From NCBI GenBank assembly GCA_032718475.1, contig JAUCBJ010005236.1:1-60935 (forward strand): a stretch of 60,935 nt of DNA, written 5' to 3'. The notes beneath the pieces are model-generated. The model made no database searches, was not told where the DNA came from, and was given only the letters and a program-made list of their open reading frames with translations. The first letter of the stretch is position 1, and each line of letters starts with the position of its first letter. A program made the position numbers and the translations under genes. This DNA is from Nemertoderma westbladi (Eukaryota > Animalia > Xenacoelomorpha). Below are positions 49,147-60,935 of the stretch, one piece after another.

Positions 49147-50125
49147 CTAAAAAATTGAAAAAATATAGAATTAGATAGAAATTATGAAGCTGAAGATGGT
49201 GGCTTTGCAAATCTGCTAACGCCAGAGTTACATAATTAGCAAAAGTAGTGTAGGCCTACTAGGGGTGTAAACCGTTATTATATAAAAATGAAGCTGTTAC
49301 ATAATTTCTTGTTATATTGTTTTGGTTACAAATGGCCTGCTGCTACTGTAACCTGCTCATTTCCATTAACGTTTATAACGCCTGTCGGCGTAGCGCTTTA
49401 CACCCGTGAATTAGCAGTAGATTTGTTATTAATTAGCGCAATTAACATGATCTTATGGTAAACAACCACATAAAATTATGTTATTTTGGATTAATGCATA
49501 TGAATGTATAATGATTCTTATTTCCAAGTGGGTAAAATGTTTAACCATTATTGTGGGTTTATCCCACTTGTTTTTATTGTATTAGTAGAATCGAACTTGT
49601 TACTTAGATGGTATAAATACCATTGAGTCATTAAGTAACAAGGTGTCACAATAGTGAGGGAGGGTGTGGCCCCCTGTACCGTCTATGGTGTTGTCGTATC
49701 GTGTAGGCACTGTATATACAATATGTGCCTTATGTTGCTTTTGTGATGCTGCCTTAGGGCAATCTCGACGGCAAGAGAACCCATTGGACCACGCCCTCCT
49801 ACAAAATTGACACCTTTCTACATTTAATATTAAAAATATCATTGGTTGTATGAGTAGTAGTGTTGACATCATTGTTGCTGTTCCTCTTGAAAGTCTTTTT
49901 CGTATAAAATTTCACATACAGCTATCTGGCATTCTGGAACAGATGAATTGCAATGTACAATTTGTTTTCTAATTAGTTTGATGATGAAAACAGAAAAAGC
50001 AAGTTACTCAGTTTATATTCTAGGAATTTAAAACGATAAATAATTACAGGTTGACTCAATGATTCGTCTGATAATCGGGTCTCAGATCATGGTAACTTCA
50101 AGTCTTTCTAATGATAATATTAGGC

Positions 50126-50498
50126 GGAGTCCGGACAATTGCGACCCGGACAATTGCGACCCGGACAATGGCGACCCGGACAATTGCGACCCGGACAATT
50201 GCGACCCGGTCAATTGCGACCCATGTTTTTAAATAAAAATTATGGGTCGCAATTGTCCGGGTCGCAATTATCAATGATATGCATTACATATTTTTATCTG
50301 GATCCGGACAATTGCGACCCGGGCAATTGCGACCCGGACAATGGCGACCCGGACAATTGCGACCCGGTCAATTGCGACCCATCAATTTTTTCTAAAACCA
50401 AGGGTCGCAATTGTCCGGGTCGCAATTGACCGGATCGTAATTGTCCGGGTCGCAATTGTCCGGGTCGCAATTGTCCAGGTCGCAATTGTCCTAACATC
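50126..50498. mobile_element. MULE-type MITE built of 15-bp CCGGACAATTGCGAC repeats, 9-bp TSD
   Basis: Termini GGAGTCCGGACAATTG and (rc) GATGTTAGGACAATTG. ATATTAGGC lies at 50117-50125 and 50499-50507. Repeat blocks alternate in orientation. Confidence 0.88.
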
Positions 50499-50980
50499 AT
50501 ATTAGGCCACATAATAATTTGCAAAATTAATATTCATCACTCAATGCAAACAGTGTGACCTTTCAATATGGAGCTAATTTAACGTGTTGTACAACAAAGC
50601 TGCCGAATGTCAATGAAAAGTTCTATGATTTCTTATGGCAACTATTACTACAGTACTATGGGTACAAATCCAACATAAACAAGGAACTCGCATAGAATTA
50701 ATATTTTTTAAGAAACCCTGATTTATTCATCTGCCGACCGACCGTCCATCCTGCAGGCAGATACAAAGGAGATCCATTAGGCCAATGTCTGTGAAGACAG
50801 ACGGATCCACTTTACCCGACCTGGTGGAACAACGGATCTTGCCGAGACGATGCGTTGACACAACCGAAGGATTCAATGCGGGTGATTCGGTGCCGACTAC
50901 CGCCCGCGGCCATATTCGCATTGTTTGTGGGTTGGGTGAAGAGGTTAGCGCGGGCACGTATCAGGGGTGCAGCGTAGAGG

Positions 50981-51229
50981 TAGTACTTCACCCAGTACTC
51001 AGGGCAGTACTTCAGGCAGTACTTCAGGCAGTACTTCAGGCAGGACTTCAGGCAGTACTTCACCGAGTACTCAGGGCAGTACTTCAGGCAGTACTTCAGG
51101 CAGTACTTCAGGCAGGACTTCAGGCAGTACTTCACCGAGTACTCAGGGCAGTACTTCAGGCAGTACTTCAGGCAGTACTTCAGGCAGTACTTCAGGCAGT
51201 ACTTCAGGGAGTACTTCAGGCAGTCCTTC
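50981..51229. repeat. Minisatellite, 12-bp unit CAGTACTTCAGG (about 20 copies, 72-bp higher order)
   Basis: Directly visible. The variant CAC(C/G)AGTACTCAGGG recurs every six units. Confidence 0.95.
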
Positions 51230-54200
51230 AATAGTGTTCAATAGTTTAAATGTTTTTCAATAAGTTTCATTTAATTTCATTTTGTTTTGTAATAATATTT
51301 CAAATGGTTTCCATAATAGAGGAGGAGTGTGTTGTGTCATAGTGGTACTCTTCTGTTCCAGAACATTTACGCCAATTCATCCTGGTAATTTGTCTCGTTT
51401 TTAGAGACAATGGCGCAAATGACTGCAACATAAACTATGTGTTAAGTTGGTTTAATAATTAACTAAATTTAATTCAACGAGCCAAGGGAAGGAGCAGGTT
51501 AGATGGACATTGTTTTCTAATCGAAACAATAAATGAAAGTTTATTTCACTTGCGGTGATTGTGCGGATCGCACATTGTTTCATTCTCAATTTGGATTTAC
51601 AGTTTTTTTGTTTTTTCAGTAAGGTTTACCAGTGCATACTGCATCTCAGAGAAATAATATTAAGTTGTGTACTTTTGTTCAGAGAAATTGTTAGTGCCGA
51701 TTTCCAAAGGCAAGTGATAATTTGTTAAAAGAGTATCAAAGGATTGAACATGGGGCAAGGCATAGTATCTATCAGTTGAAAATAATTTGTTGATATTTTG
51801 TTTTGAAACTATGCATGAGTAATCGCTGGAATACAAGTTTTAGGAGCTAAGATTCCTAACAATGAGCGATAATAACCAGGATTGACCTCATAAACCAAAT
51901 TAATGCACATTTATATAAAATTATAATTGTTAAATCTTCAACACTACTATAAGTTAGAGTGACGATAATTAACTTTATTATACCGCACGAATTGAGAAAT
52001 TAATGAATAATGAATAATCTAATGAATAAATCAGTGGAAAAGATCACTTTTTATTCTTGGAAACCAACTAACTGTGCAAAATGCAGAAATTGTCATCTTT
52101 TTGGGAATATGTCCGCGAGTTTAATAATTTATCTCGGGAATAAATTCAGAAGAATATCAAGGGGAATTACAATCTAATAAAAAGACAAAAAGTATGCCAT
52201 AGGGGTGGATGGAGGGAGGGGGGAGGGGGGGGGGGGGGGGGTCCATATCTTTCACTAAAAGTTGGTGTGAAATCCAAACTTGTGGAGTGTGGTAAAGGAG
52301 AACCGTCATACCAATCCAATGAACTACATAGATTCAACTGACTCAGAACATAAATCAATAAATGTGGAAGGATTTGCTCAGAAGTCAAATAAAGGTAAAT
52401 AATAATATGTAAAATGTTGAATGGGGCACGATTTTATGATATGATAAGTGAATTCTACTATAGAGTAAGTACGAACATCCACTTTCGTTGATTAATCTTA
52501 AAAGGAGCGGAACTTTTCTATTCCACATTAATCAACACATTATCCGACCATCTTTCGTTAATATGTTCTGACATTTAGACATAAGATATGTTGAGCTAAG
52601 AAACTACTACTGGGGTTGTGAGTTAGGTAGGAGGAAGTTAGGGCAACTTCCTGATTTATTAATTAGTGGATTGGCTGAGGGGGGAATGATATATTCGTGA
52701 TTAATGGGATGCAATGGGATTCATGTGATATATTTACGAGTGTATGAAGAAATTCAGCCTTAAACTAACGTCCATGGATGGATATTGCTCGTGTAAAGAT
52801 ATCTTGTGAATAGTGTATTTGTTTTATTATTTTATATAGATAGTAATCCTCTTCGATTCATTAGTAATGCTATGTAGGACTTGTTCATCTTTTATCAAAC
52901 TTCTTTATCTCTAACTCATGGTTTATCCGGACTCATCTCATTTTTTTTCCAGAAAGATCTAGAAGAACTAATAGCAGATCTCTTCGTTTTGTTCACTATA
53001 AATCAATAACCGGAATTTAACCGAAATTAGCAAACCAAAGCTAATGTAATAAGAATCGAATTAGTGATGTAGTAAAATTTAACTAATTCTACGGTAAACT
53101 GTTAAACATTGGGAATGAATATTTGTAGGCCTATATACTGGCCTAGTGCAGATTGATTGTCTTTAAAAGTGAATAGTAGTGCTGATTTAAAAGTGAAAAG
53201 TAATCATTTAATTAAACGATGGAAATTATTAATTGCTTAATAATTACGATGTATTAAATTTCAGAAATATTTTTGGCATACCTCAATCGATATCATCCAA
53301 TTATAGTTCTGAAATTGGATCCATTCAATCCTTAAGGGCACCGATTTGTATGACAGTGGGCGGTCGCAATTTATTTGGTAATTACGATTTAATATCTGAT
53401 TTCTTTTGATTTATTTAATATAGGTTGCTTCATCAATAATCCTCGTCTTTACCGAGAACTCAACTACCCGACTCGAATGCAATTTACCGCCAATGTGATG
53501 ATCAGATTCCCGAGGTTCTTAGATAGGAATTATTCATCTTCAAAGTTAACTATGTTTTTTTTTTTTACTATTGTATGCATACAGACAGCATAAATAAACC
53601 ATAAACTAAATGGGTAAAACACTAGAGTCTTACACCCCACAAACTAACAAAAAACATAGGATCAGGACATTACGCTACGCCCTAAGTAGTGCTCAGCCCT
53701 ACGGCCATCAAAAAACAACACAAACAATGCAAACAAAAACAACATAAACAAAAAACAAATATATTAAAACATGCTCAACATACAGGTATGTATCGCACCC
53801 TAACCTAACCGCCATACACTAAATGATACCGGTAGTATACTGCACAAAAGCTAAGCCTATATATTCTATAAAAAAAAATATGACAATTTTGTCGCCGTGA
53901 AAGGGGTATGACTGAGGCAAAAATTATTAATTTGTGAAAAATATTGTTGCGTTTCGGTGCCAGTACGCGGTAATCTCGACAACTCATCAGCTGGACAAAG
54001 TATTACCCAAAGCCTATCTATATGGCACCAATGACCTAAAAAATCGCACCATGAACTCTGTTACCACCTATCCCAAACAGACATCAGACCACAGAACATT
54101 GGAACCCTATAAGTAAGTAGATCAGTGATACCAATGGAAAACTGGTAGGTTGCTGGGGCAAACACACACAGTATATATATAAAAAATAAAAATATATTAG

Positions 54201-54503
54201 ATTATTTAGACATTTTATTGCCAATATTATCACCCTCTCTACACCTTATAGGTGTCTGTTGTTGTAAATGTGTAAAGGTTAGACACCGTAATATAAAAGT
54301 ACTTTGAGTTTTGACTGATGTACTTTTGACTGGGATATTGGATTTTAGGTTTTGTTGGTTATCCCAAACGCCAATTAAAACAGTAGCAATTAAACATGAA
54401 ACCCTAGGCCTATAATGAAATAAATTACTAATGATTTATATTTACGTTTCTGAACGTATGCTGCTAATTCCACATTCCGATTATCCGATGTAGTGCTGTT
54501 GTG

Positions 54504-56112
54504 TTGTGGGGCGAGCCACGAAGTGAGTGAGCCTTAGCGTAGTGGTACCATTAATCAACTTGTCGTTCTGTCGTTCTGTCGCGTTTTTTTTCAGTATTTT
54601 ATTTTAAACGTTAATAACTCGGCCAATCCTTGATGAAATCTATCCAAACTTGGTACACATGTTGTTTGGCGAAAGTTTGAAAATTTTCCAAGTAGAATTT
54701 GCGTGGGGCCTTCGTGCAGCATCAGTGTAACTGTCATTGCAGTTATAATAAATTTATTTATCCAAATTTAAAATGCGTTAAATTATTATTACTGTAGGAT
54801 ATATCAGCTGGTTTTCTTACAAATTTTGCAATTCTGCATGTACCATGTGTACCGGTACTGTCAGGCTGTACTCATTCCCTGAATCGAGAATCCTGCAATC
54901 AGTCAATACTGCAATACTGGTCAGCCGGTACCATACACTGCAGACATGCCATATCATGTAATCTAATTAAACATGACCCCGCCAACCCTTGCGGTGATTA
55001 TAGTTTAGGCCTAATTAGCCCAGTACCGGTACCGGTAATAATAATATAATACATTAATAGTTTAGATAGTTACCGCTAATCATTCAGTCATTGGCACGGT
55101 ACACCGTATTGCTGTACTGCCGTTGTAGTGCGCACCGTAGGTACCACCCTACTACCGGTACCGGCTGACCGCGTGACCGGTGGCAACTAGCACGTCAACA
55201 CTTTCACAGCAACAGCACTACCGGCGATACACAGGTTGGAATTTATGTAGAGTTTGCTCAACAGTACAAATATAAAATAGTTATCTAAATTATATATATT
55301 ACTATTGACAAGTATTGAAATATATACCGTTATTCGTGTTATCAGTATTTGCAACATCTGACATTGAAGAGGTGAGAGAAGATGAATACCGGCACTCAAC
55401 AAAACCAACGCTTATCACAGGTCGGTATGGTTACCTCGAAACCGGCGCGACTGTCCACTCGAATACAACTTCAAAACACAAACGCCAACAATAAACTGAA
55501 AGCGAATCGAACGTCTTCAGAAGAATCTGTCATTGGCAATTGGGACGAAGAAAAGGAAGCCGAAACCACGGGAATGGACCACAGCTAAGATTGAATGCTC
55601 CCATTGTCAGAGTTCCTGGACCGAAATTGAAACACCAATTGCCGATGGGCTTGATCTCTCAAACCAAAACTTCCTCTGCGGGGTTTGCGCGGCAGTAAAG
55701 ATTGAAAGTCTGGAAGCTGGCATCCCTAGGTATTATTATTATAAAGAGCGTCAGCCTGCGTTTAATAAATATATTTTAATACAAAACAGGTCGAACGCAA
55801 AGAGGCTTATAATGAAGACGAGTACTGCATTGATTATATTCCTGTAAACCACCTGGCTTTGCATATTGAACGTGCGTTTGGAAATAAGCTCGTGCTACCC
55901 TTCCGTGGTGGTAGATGTCGCGGTTATGTATTGGTGGGAGGGGGGGGGGGGGGGTGCAGATTAAAAGGGGTGAACACGTACTGTCCCCCTTTCTTTGATT
56001 AATTGGTGGTGTGGGTTAATCTCTCATAACCTGATTTTGTGATACAGTCGCACAATTTTAATTTGTATCTCATAACTGGGCCTCGTGCTGCGCGAAGGCC
56101 CCACGAACGTGT
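54504..56112 (-). mobile_element. DINE-1/HINE-like element, copy B, with different internal cargo
   Basis: Ends are homologous to copy A. A 20-bp inverted pair lies at 56086-56105 / 54702-54721 (19/20), with a 3' hairpin at 54504-54540. Confidence 0.65.
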
Positions 56113-56539
56113 TCACCACGTTAACACACCAGTAGTACTACACAAACAGTTTAGCAGAATGTCGGAATTTAATTCATGGGAATATAGCGAGGCAACATTT
56201 CTTATTCGGTATGGTTAATTTCAGTATTATTATATTTATCCTGTCATATCATAATTATCTATTCCTAAGCATTTAAATGTTAATTCGCATGTGATCGATT
56301 GATTGAACAATTTAGTTAACTTAAAATTAGTTTACATTTATCATCATTATTTGCATAACAGCATAATGGAATGATATGCTGCAGCAGTCCAGGGAATAAT
56401 GAGTAACCATTATGGTATTGATTGAAAATTTACAGAACACAAGTAAAACGAACATCAAAGAGTAGACACCTTCAACCTGGTAACGTTCAATCATACTGAG
56501 TCCGGCCATCCGTCTCAGCCAAATAGGCCGCCAGGGGAT

Positions 56540-56790
56540 GGGCCTATCAGTGGCCAGAACCGACGCCGCGTTACCCATTAGAACAACTAGCAACCACTAT
56601 TCGGCTCAACGGGAATCGATGGGATCGCGGATCGTGTGTCACCGCACGGAGGCGGGAGCCGATCTCCCCGAGGAACCGGACCAGGGCGACCAAAGCTCTC
56701 AAAGGCCACTGGTGAGGCCATCACCTCGCTGTAAGTCACATTGCCCCTCTCGGGTCTCTCTACGGTGCTCCGCCCAGCAATGAGGGACTG
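56540..56790 (-). mobile_element. Second degenerate CRE-clade 3' fragment
   Basis: Frameshifted PVAFESFG ... FLGEIGSRLRAVTHDPRSHRF ... MGNAASVLAT. Confidence 0.72.
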
Positions 56791-56795
56791 CTGCA

Positions 56796-56885
56796 GATGA
56801 CGGATGTGGATGACGGATGTGGATGACGGATGTGGATGACGGATGTGGATGACGGATGTGGATGACGGATGTGGATGACGGATGT
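56796..56885. repeat. 13-bp minisatellite GATGACGGATGTG x7
   Basis: Directly visible. It abuts the truncated end of the CRE fragment. Confidence 0.95.
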
Positions 56886-57545
56886 TGAATTGCAACATTG
56901 TTACAGTATGTTGAACAGTTTTTAAGATGGTGGTGAAGTCTAGTAGTCGTAGAGACATTTCGTAAAAAATCATTATAAATGGGAATAGAAATATAAGGTT
57001 GATTTAGGAAAATTTGAATTTTTATTTCATTTCTGACAACTATTTATAGTAGCAAGTTAAAGTATCCAATCACATCTGTTATATCGCTTGAAGTCCTTCC
57101 TTATTTGGAAATCACTGTCGGGAAATAGGGCTGAATGAATAGATAACATTTTTCGTGCACCAGAAAAAGTGTCATAAAAGTTCCTATGAAAGACAAGGAA
57201 AATTGATTAGCCAATCAAATAAAACTCGTCGATGCTTCATCCAGTGGTACTGTATGCTACTTGAGGTAAATTCAAATTCAACAATAATTGGTTTTGTGAC
57301 ATCGTGTAAATTGAAGTTTAAGCATGACATGCCATTAGTAGTTGTAGTGATTATGGTTACCAAAATAGTACCAATAGTCTTCGTATTTGTACAGAAAGCC
57401 CAATTAAAGTTTTTATTTTTTATATTATTTATTCATCATGACACAAGGAGTCAGATGTACAAGTATAGTAACAAGTAGGCCTACAAGTAATCAAAGAAGC
57501 ACTCGGCCGAGGCCGGAAGTGACCCGAAGGCTCATCATTCAATAG

Positions 57546-58097
57546 CTGCTACCCGAAGGTAGGGGTGGGCGCTACTCCTATCTGCTACCCGAAGGTAGGG
57601 GTGGGCGCTACTCCTATCGGCTACCTGAAGGTAGGGGTGGGCGCTACTCCTATCTGCTACCCGAAGCCGAAGGTCGGGGTGGGTGGTACTCCTATCGGCT
57701 ACCTGAAGGTAGGGGTGGGCGCTACTCCTATCTGCTACCCGAAGGTAGGGGTGGGCGCTACACCTATCTGCTACCCGAAGGTAGGGGTGGGCGCTACTTC
57801 TATCTGCTACCTGAAGGTAGGGGTGGGCGCTACTCCTATCGGCTACCTGAAGGTAGGGGTGGGCGCTACTCCTATCTGCTACCCGAAGGTAGGGGTGGGC
57901 GCTACTCCTATCTGCTACCCGAAGCCGAAGGTCGGGGTGGGTGGTACTCCTATCTGGCTACACGGAGGTAGGGGTGGGCGCTACTCCTAGCTGCTACCCG
58001 AAGGTAGGGGTGGGCGCTACACCTATCTGCTACCCGAAGGTAGGGGTGGGCGCTACTCCTATATGTTACCCGAAGGAAGGGGTGTGCGCTACTCCTA
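57546..58097. repeat. Minisatellite, 36-bp unit ATCTGCTACCCGAAGGTAGGGGTGGGCGCTACTCCT (about 15 copies)
   Basis: Directly visible. It gives the spurious (VGVGATPICYPK)n ORFs. Confidence 0.96.
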
Positions 58098-58247
58098 ACC
58101 CAAGGTTTGCTCCCACAGTCCCAGTAATTCAACTGGTACTCAAATCATTCAAGGTCAACAAGTTCTACAGATAGTTAATGTACAAACATAATGATTATGT
58201 ATAGAGCAATCTGTTTACTTTTTAATATAATACAATCAACTGAAGTT

Positions 58248-58552
58248 TACACGTTCGTGGGGCGTCGCGCAGCACGCGAACTTGAGCCAGTTCGAAACAA
58301 GTTTGATTTGATCTGGAGTCAAAAGTTCGAGAGGTATTTGCCCGTAACTTTCGAAAATATTGGAACTTTTTCTCTAGTAAGAGTAAGAGTATAAATTTGG
58401 TTGAAAATGATTAAAACCTTCACATGTTATTTACGAATGAATTTTTCATTACAGACAGACGGACAGACAGACAGACGGACATTACATTTTGTCCTATTTA
58501 CTAATTATAATTGTGCGCTAAGGTTCGCCCTGACTGCGTGGCTCGCCCCACA
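58248..58552 (+). mobile_element. DINE-1/HINE-like element, short copy C
   Basis: Same 5' motif and 3' hairpin as copies A and B, with a (GACA/GACG)n tract at 58451-58480. Confidence 0.6.
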
Positions 58553-59157
58553 AGATAATAAAATGGAAAGTATTCCGACATATGGGTGGGTTTAGCAGTG
58601 ATCTCTTTAAAATCGCATTTACATTTTGATTTAGTTCTAACAATGTGCGGTATCACACGCCGAAAAAACAAGTTTGAAATTTCTAGCACATTTTATATGT
58701 ATTCCATCGAAATGCAAGCATCAAAAAACCGGTGTAACTCAAAAATAGAGATGTTTACAAATCTTATTCATTAAAAGTAATTTTCAAAAACGTCTCAAAA
58801 ATAGTGCCAAAAGTAGGGTTAAAAGATGTTGCTATAACTCGAAAAGTTCTCAATATTTTTGAAAACCGTTTTCACTATTACGAAGACAATAGATTTTTAG
58901 GAAAAGTCATAAAATTTCAGATTCCCAACTCAGAGATATAACAAAAAAAACACAGGGTGGTGGGTGGGTCATTTTAACCCCCCGGGTTTAATAGGGATAA
59001 AGAAAGTACTAATTAATAGTCTACTAGATGAGCTAGGTTCAGGTTACTATACTTATGATACAGTGGATAACCTGCTGAAAAACTAACGAATTGTATTCCC
59101 AAAGTCTTTGAAAATTTTTTAAAATTTAAAGAAGGGAAATTAGGGTGTCCAAGGATA

Positions 59158-59520
59158 ATGGCAGTTGGTAACCCAAGGTATGCAACTCAACAAATGGAAA
59201 ATGACAATCTAAATCAAACTATAAAATCTGATTCAAAGAATTTCTGGACTTTCTTTATAATAAGTTTCTGGAAAATCTCGAGCAGCGCCACAGGCTACAT
59301 TAACTGCGAGAGATTTCAAAACACACTTTTTGGATCTTTGTTCTGTGATTTAGGAATTTCCAGATGTAGGGATACTGTTGATCGTCTGGGTGATATAAAT
59401 GGTGAAGAAAGCAAAAGTCTAATGGGAAATGAGTTATACCAGCCAATCCCTGAGGAGGTGGTTAACTTTGTAATTGATTGTCTTAAAAGTGACAAGGCAA
59501 CAAGGCTGATCTTCAGTTAA
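59158..59520 (+). mobile_element. Degenerate LINE ORF2 fragment (pre-RT region)
   Basis: LYQPIPEEVVNFVIDCLKSDKA resembles the L-x-x-P-I-x-x-E-E-V-x3-I-x2-LK-x2-KA motif upstream of LINE RT domains. Confidence 0.5.
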
Positions 59521-59654
59521 ATGAATTCTTCATTGAGGGAAGATCGTTGTTCACTTACACTTATGCCCAATGCTGTGGTCATTTTAGTGATTATTTAGTA
59601 GTTACTTTCCCAAACAATGGTTAGTGGTCATTGTCCCGGTTTAACTGGCCCTTC

Positions 59655-60223
59655 TTAGGGCTGCGGTAGGATTTGTAAGGATTGTAACACTACCGGTGAT
59701 GTTGAGAAAAAAACTATATATGTACTCTGAGAAATATATGTATAAGATGCAACTAAAAGCGTAATAGTGTGTTTATTGAGTGCACTTGAATAACGAGTTT
59801 GAAAGCTACCGAGCTTCCAGCACGGATAATTTCTAATCAGTTTACTAATAAATATTATAGTACTAATAAAACTTAGGCTGCATTTGGCATCATAGCCTAC
59901 TGTAGGAATGGACTTCCGTGAATATTGATTGCCTGAGATGGAATAGCAAATTAACAATACAGCAAGGCGGTGAATAACAGCGAGGACAAGGGATGCAATT
60001 TCCGAGATCGCCACATGAAATACATACGGAGCTAATCAGCACATGATATTTTTAAAAGGAAGTAAGGAATCAATGGATGAGTATTATTTTTTCTGTACAA
60101 ATAATGTATTTCGATCGCTTCTGCTATGATCCCTTTATCTGTTATGAGGCAGCAAGTGATGAAGCAGATGACAGAGCAACAAATATAATTCTCTTCGCAG
60201 TCTGTGTTAGATTTGGGGCCCAT
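59655..60223 (-). pseudogene. Possible decayed class A GPCR-like sequence (TM1-TM4)
   Basis: GIIAEAIEIHYLYRK-x6-PYFLLKISCAD* resembles TM1-ICL1-TM2 (GN...LxxAD). A later frame has STIIFISKLIRNY...TITLLV in TM3/TM4 position. Key residues are degenerate. Confidence 0.3.
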
Positions 60224-60935
60224 TGGTTATGCGCAGCTCATCTGCTGGGCCCTGCGCTGCCCTGCGGCACGGCAACCAGGTGCAGTTTGCAGTAGAGTGC
60301 ACTGAAATGGAAGGCTAATAGCCCTCTACTATTGACCATCCTTTGGTTGATATTCAACTGCGTGGTTTGGCCATATTATATACCTGCAGGCGAGTATATG
60401 GGTCCTTAACCCAGTACCAAGGGGGTCCAATAGATACACGACCACATTATGCCGTTAGTAAGAGGGTCTATGCAGCCATAGGTGGCACTTCCTTTATGCT
60501 GCAGGTGACGTATTTTTTGGATCAATTCTGACCTTTCATGCCAAGAGCAAGGAGCCTTTGGGTTGTATCCCAGTAATTCTATAGGGGGGGGGGGGGGGGG
60601 GGGGGGCTTTCGATCCAATCAAAATTCATCCCTCTCCAGTTTCCAGGGGAAAATTCAGGCAAATAACAGCTGATTACTCCTAAAAATAAAACTGCAGCCT
60701 CTTATATTGACTTTAGTTTATTATTTTGGTTAGAATAACGTGACACTGCAACCTGCTCCTTTTCCTTTCGTGATATTTTATCATTGAGAAGAAGATATAT
60801 TGATCCGCGGAGATGGAATTTGGATCACGTGTTCCCAAACGTTTAAATTTCAGTTTTATTTTTCCATAAGGTTTGGAGACCGTTATGCCGTTCAGTTTAT
60901 ATTGTATATAATTATATGGTTATAATGTGTGTCTC

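Noticed and set aside
50785-51263. (LQAV)n, (GSTS)n and (CLKY)n ORFs
   Set aside because: Products of the 12-bp minisatellite.
57565-58174. Elastin-like (VGVGATPICYPK)n ORF
   Set aside because: Product of a 36-bp minisatellite with a frameshifting unit and no gene context.
20917-60606. Scattered poly-G tracts (about 20920, 45160, 52220, 55940, 60590) as a G-quadruplex system
   Set aside because: At least one is an expanded transposon terminus, the rest show no common context, and homopolymer lengths are unreliable in assemblies.

Overview
This is AT-rich, repeat-saturated eukaryotic DNA, most consistent with an invertebrate animal, not a prokaryote. The host gene is on the minus strand. It is the 5' part of a BAIAP3/Munc13-4 (UNC13D) family vesicle-priming gene, rebuilt by hand from six phase-compatible GT-AG internal exons (16135 down to 172) that encode the N-terminus and the first half of the C2A domain. 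Two candidate alternative first coding exons lie at 21507-21829 and 49050-49146. The introns hold large tandem arrays (32/37 bp, 19 bp over about 6 kb, a 19 bp E-box array, 43 bp over about 13.3 kb, and 81, 36, 13 and 12 bp units). They also hold many transposon relics: RTE, CR1 and CRE LINE fragments, tRNA-derived SINEs, a solo LTR, Harbinger/MULE/Kolobok-type MITEs, three DINE-1/HINE-like elements, and Penelope-related pieces including a hammerhead ribozyme. The most striking structure is an RTE reverse transcriptase followed in the same frame, across one stop codon, by a Penelope-type GIY-YIG endonuclease. A 12-bp target-site duplication indicates an RTE insertion into a small inverted-repeat-bounded Penelope-like unit rather than a native fusion. 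A second recurring pattern is that unrelated tandem arrays start within about 5-30 bp of 5' splice sites. The long ORFs at 29.8-43.2 kb are satellite artefacts. All family assignments are from motif recognition by eye; no searches were run.
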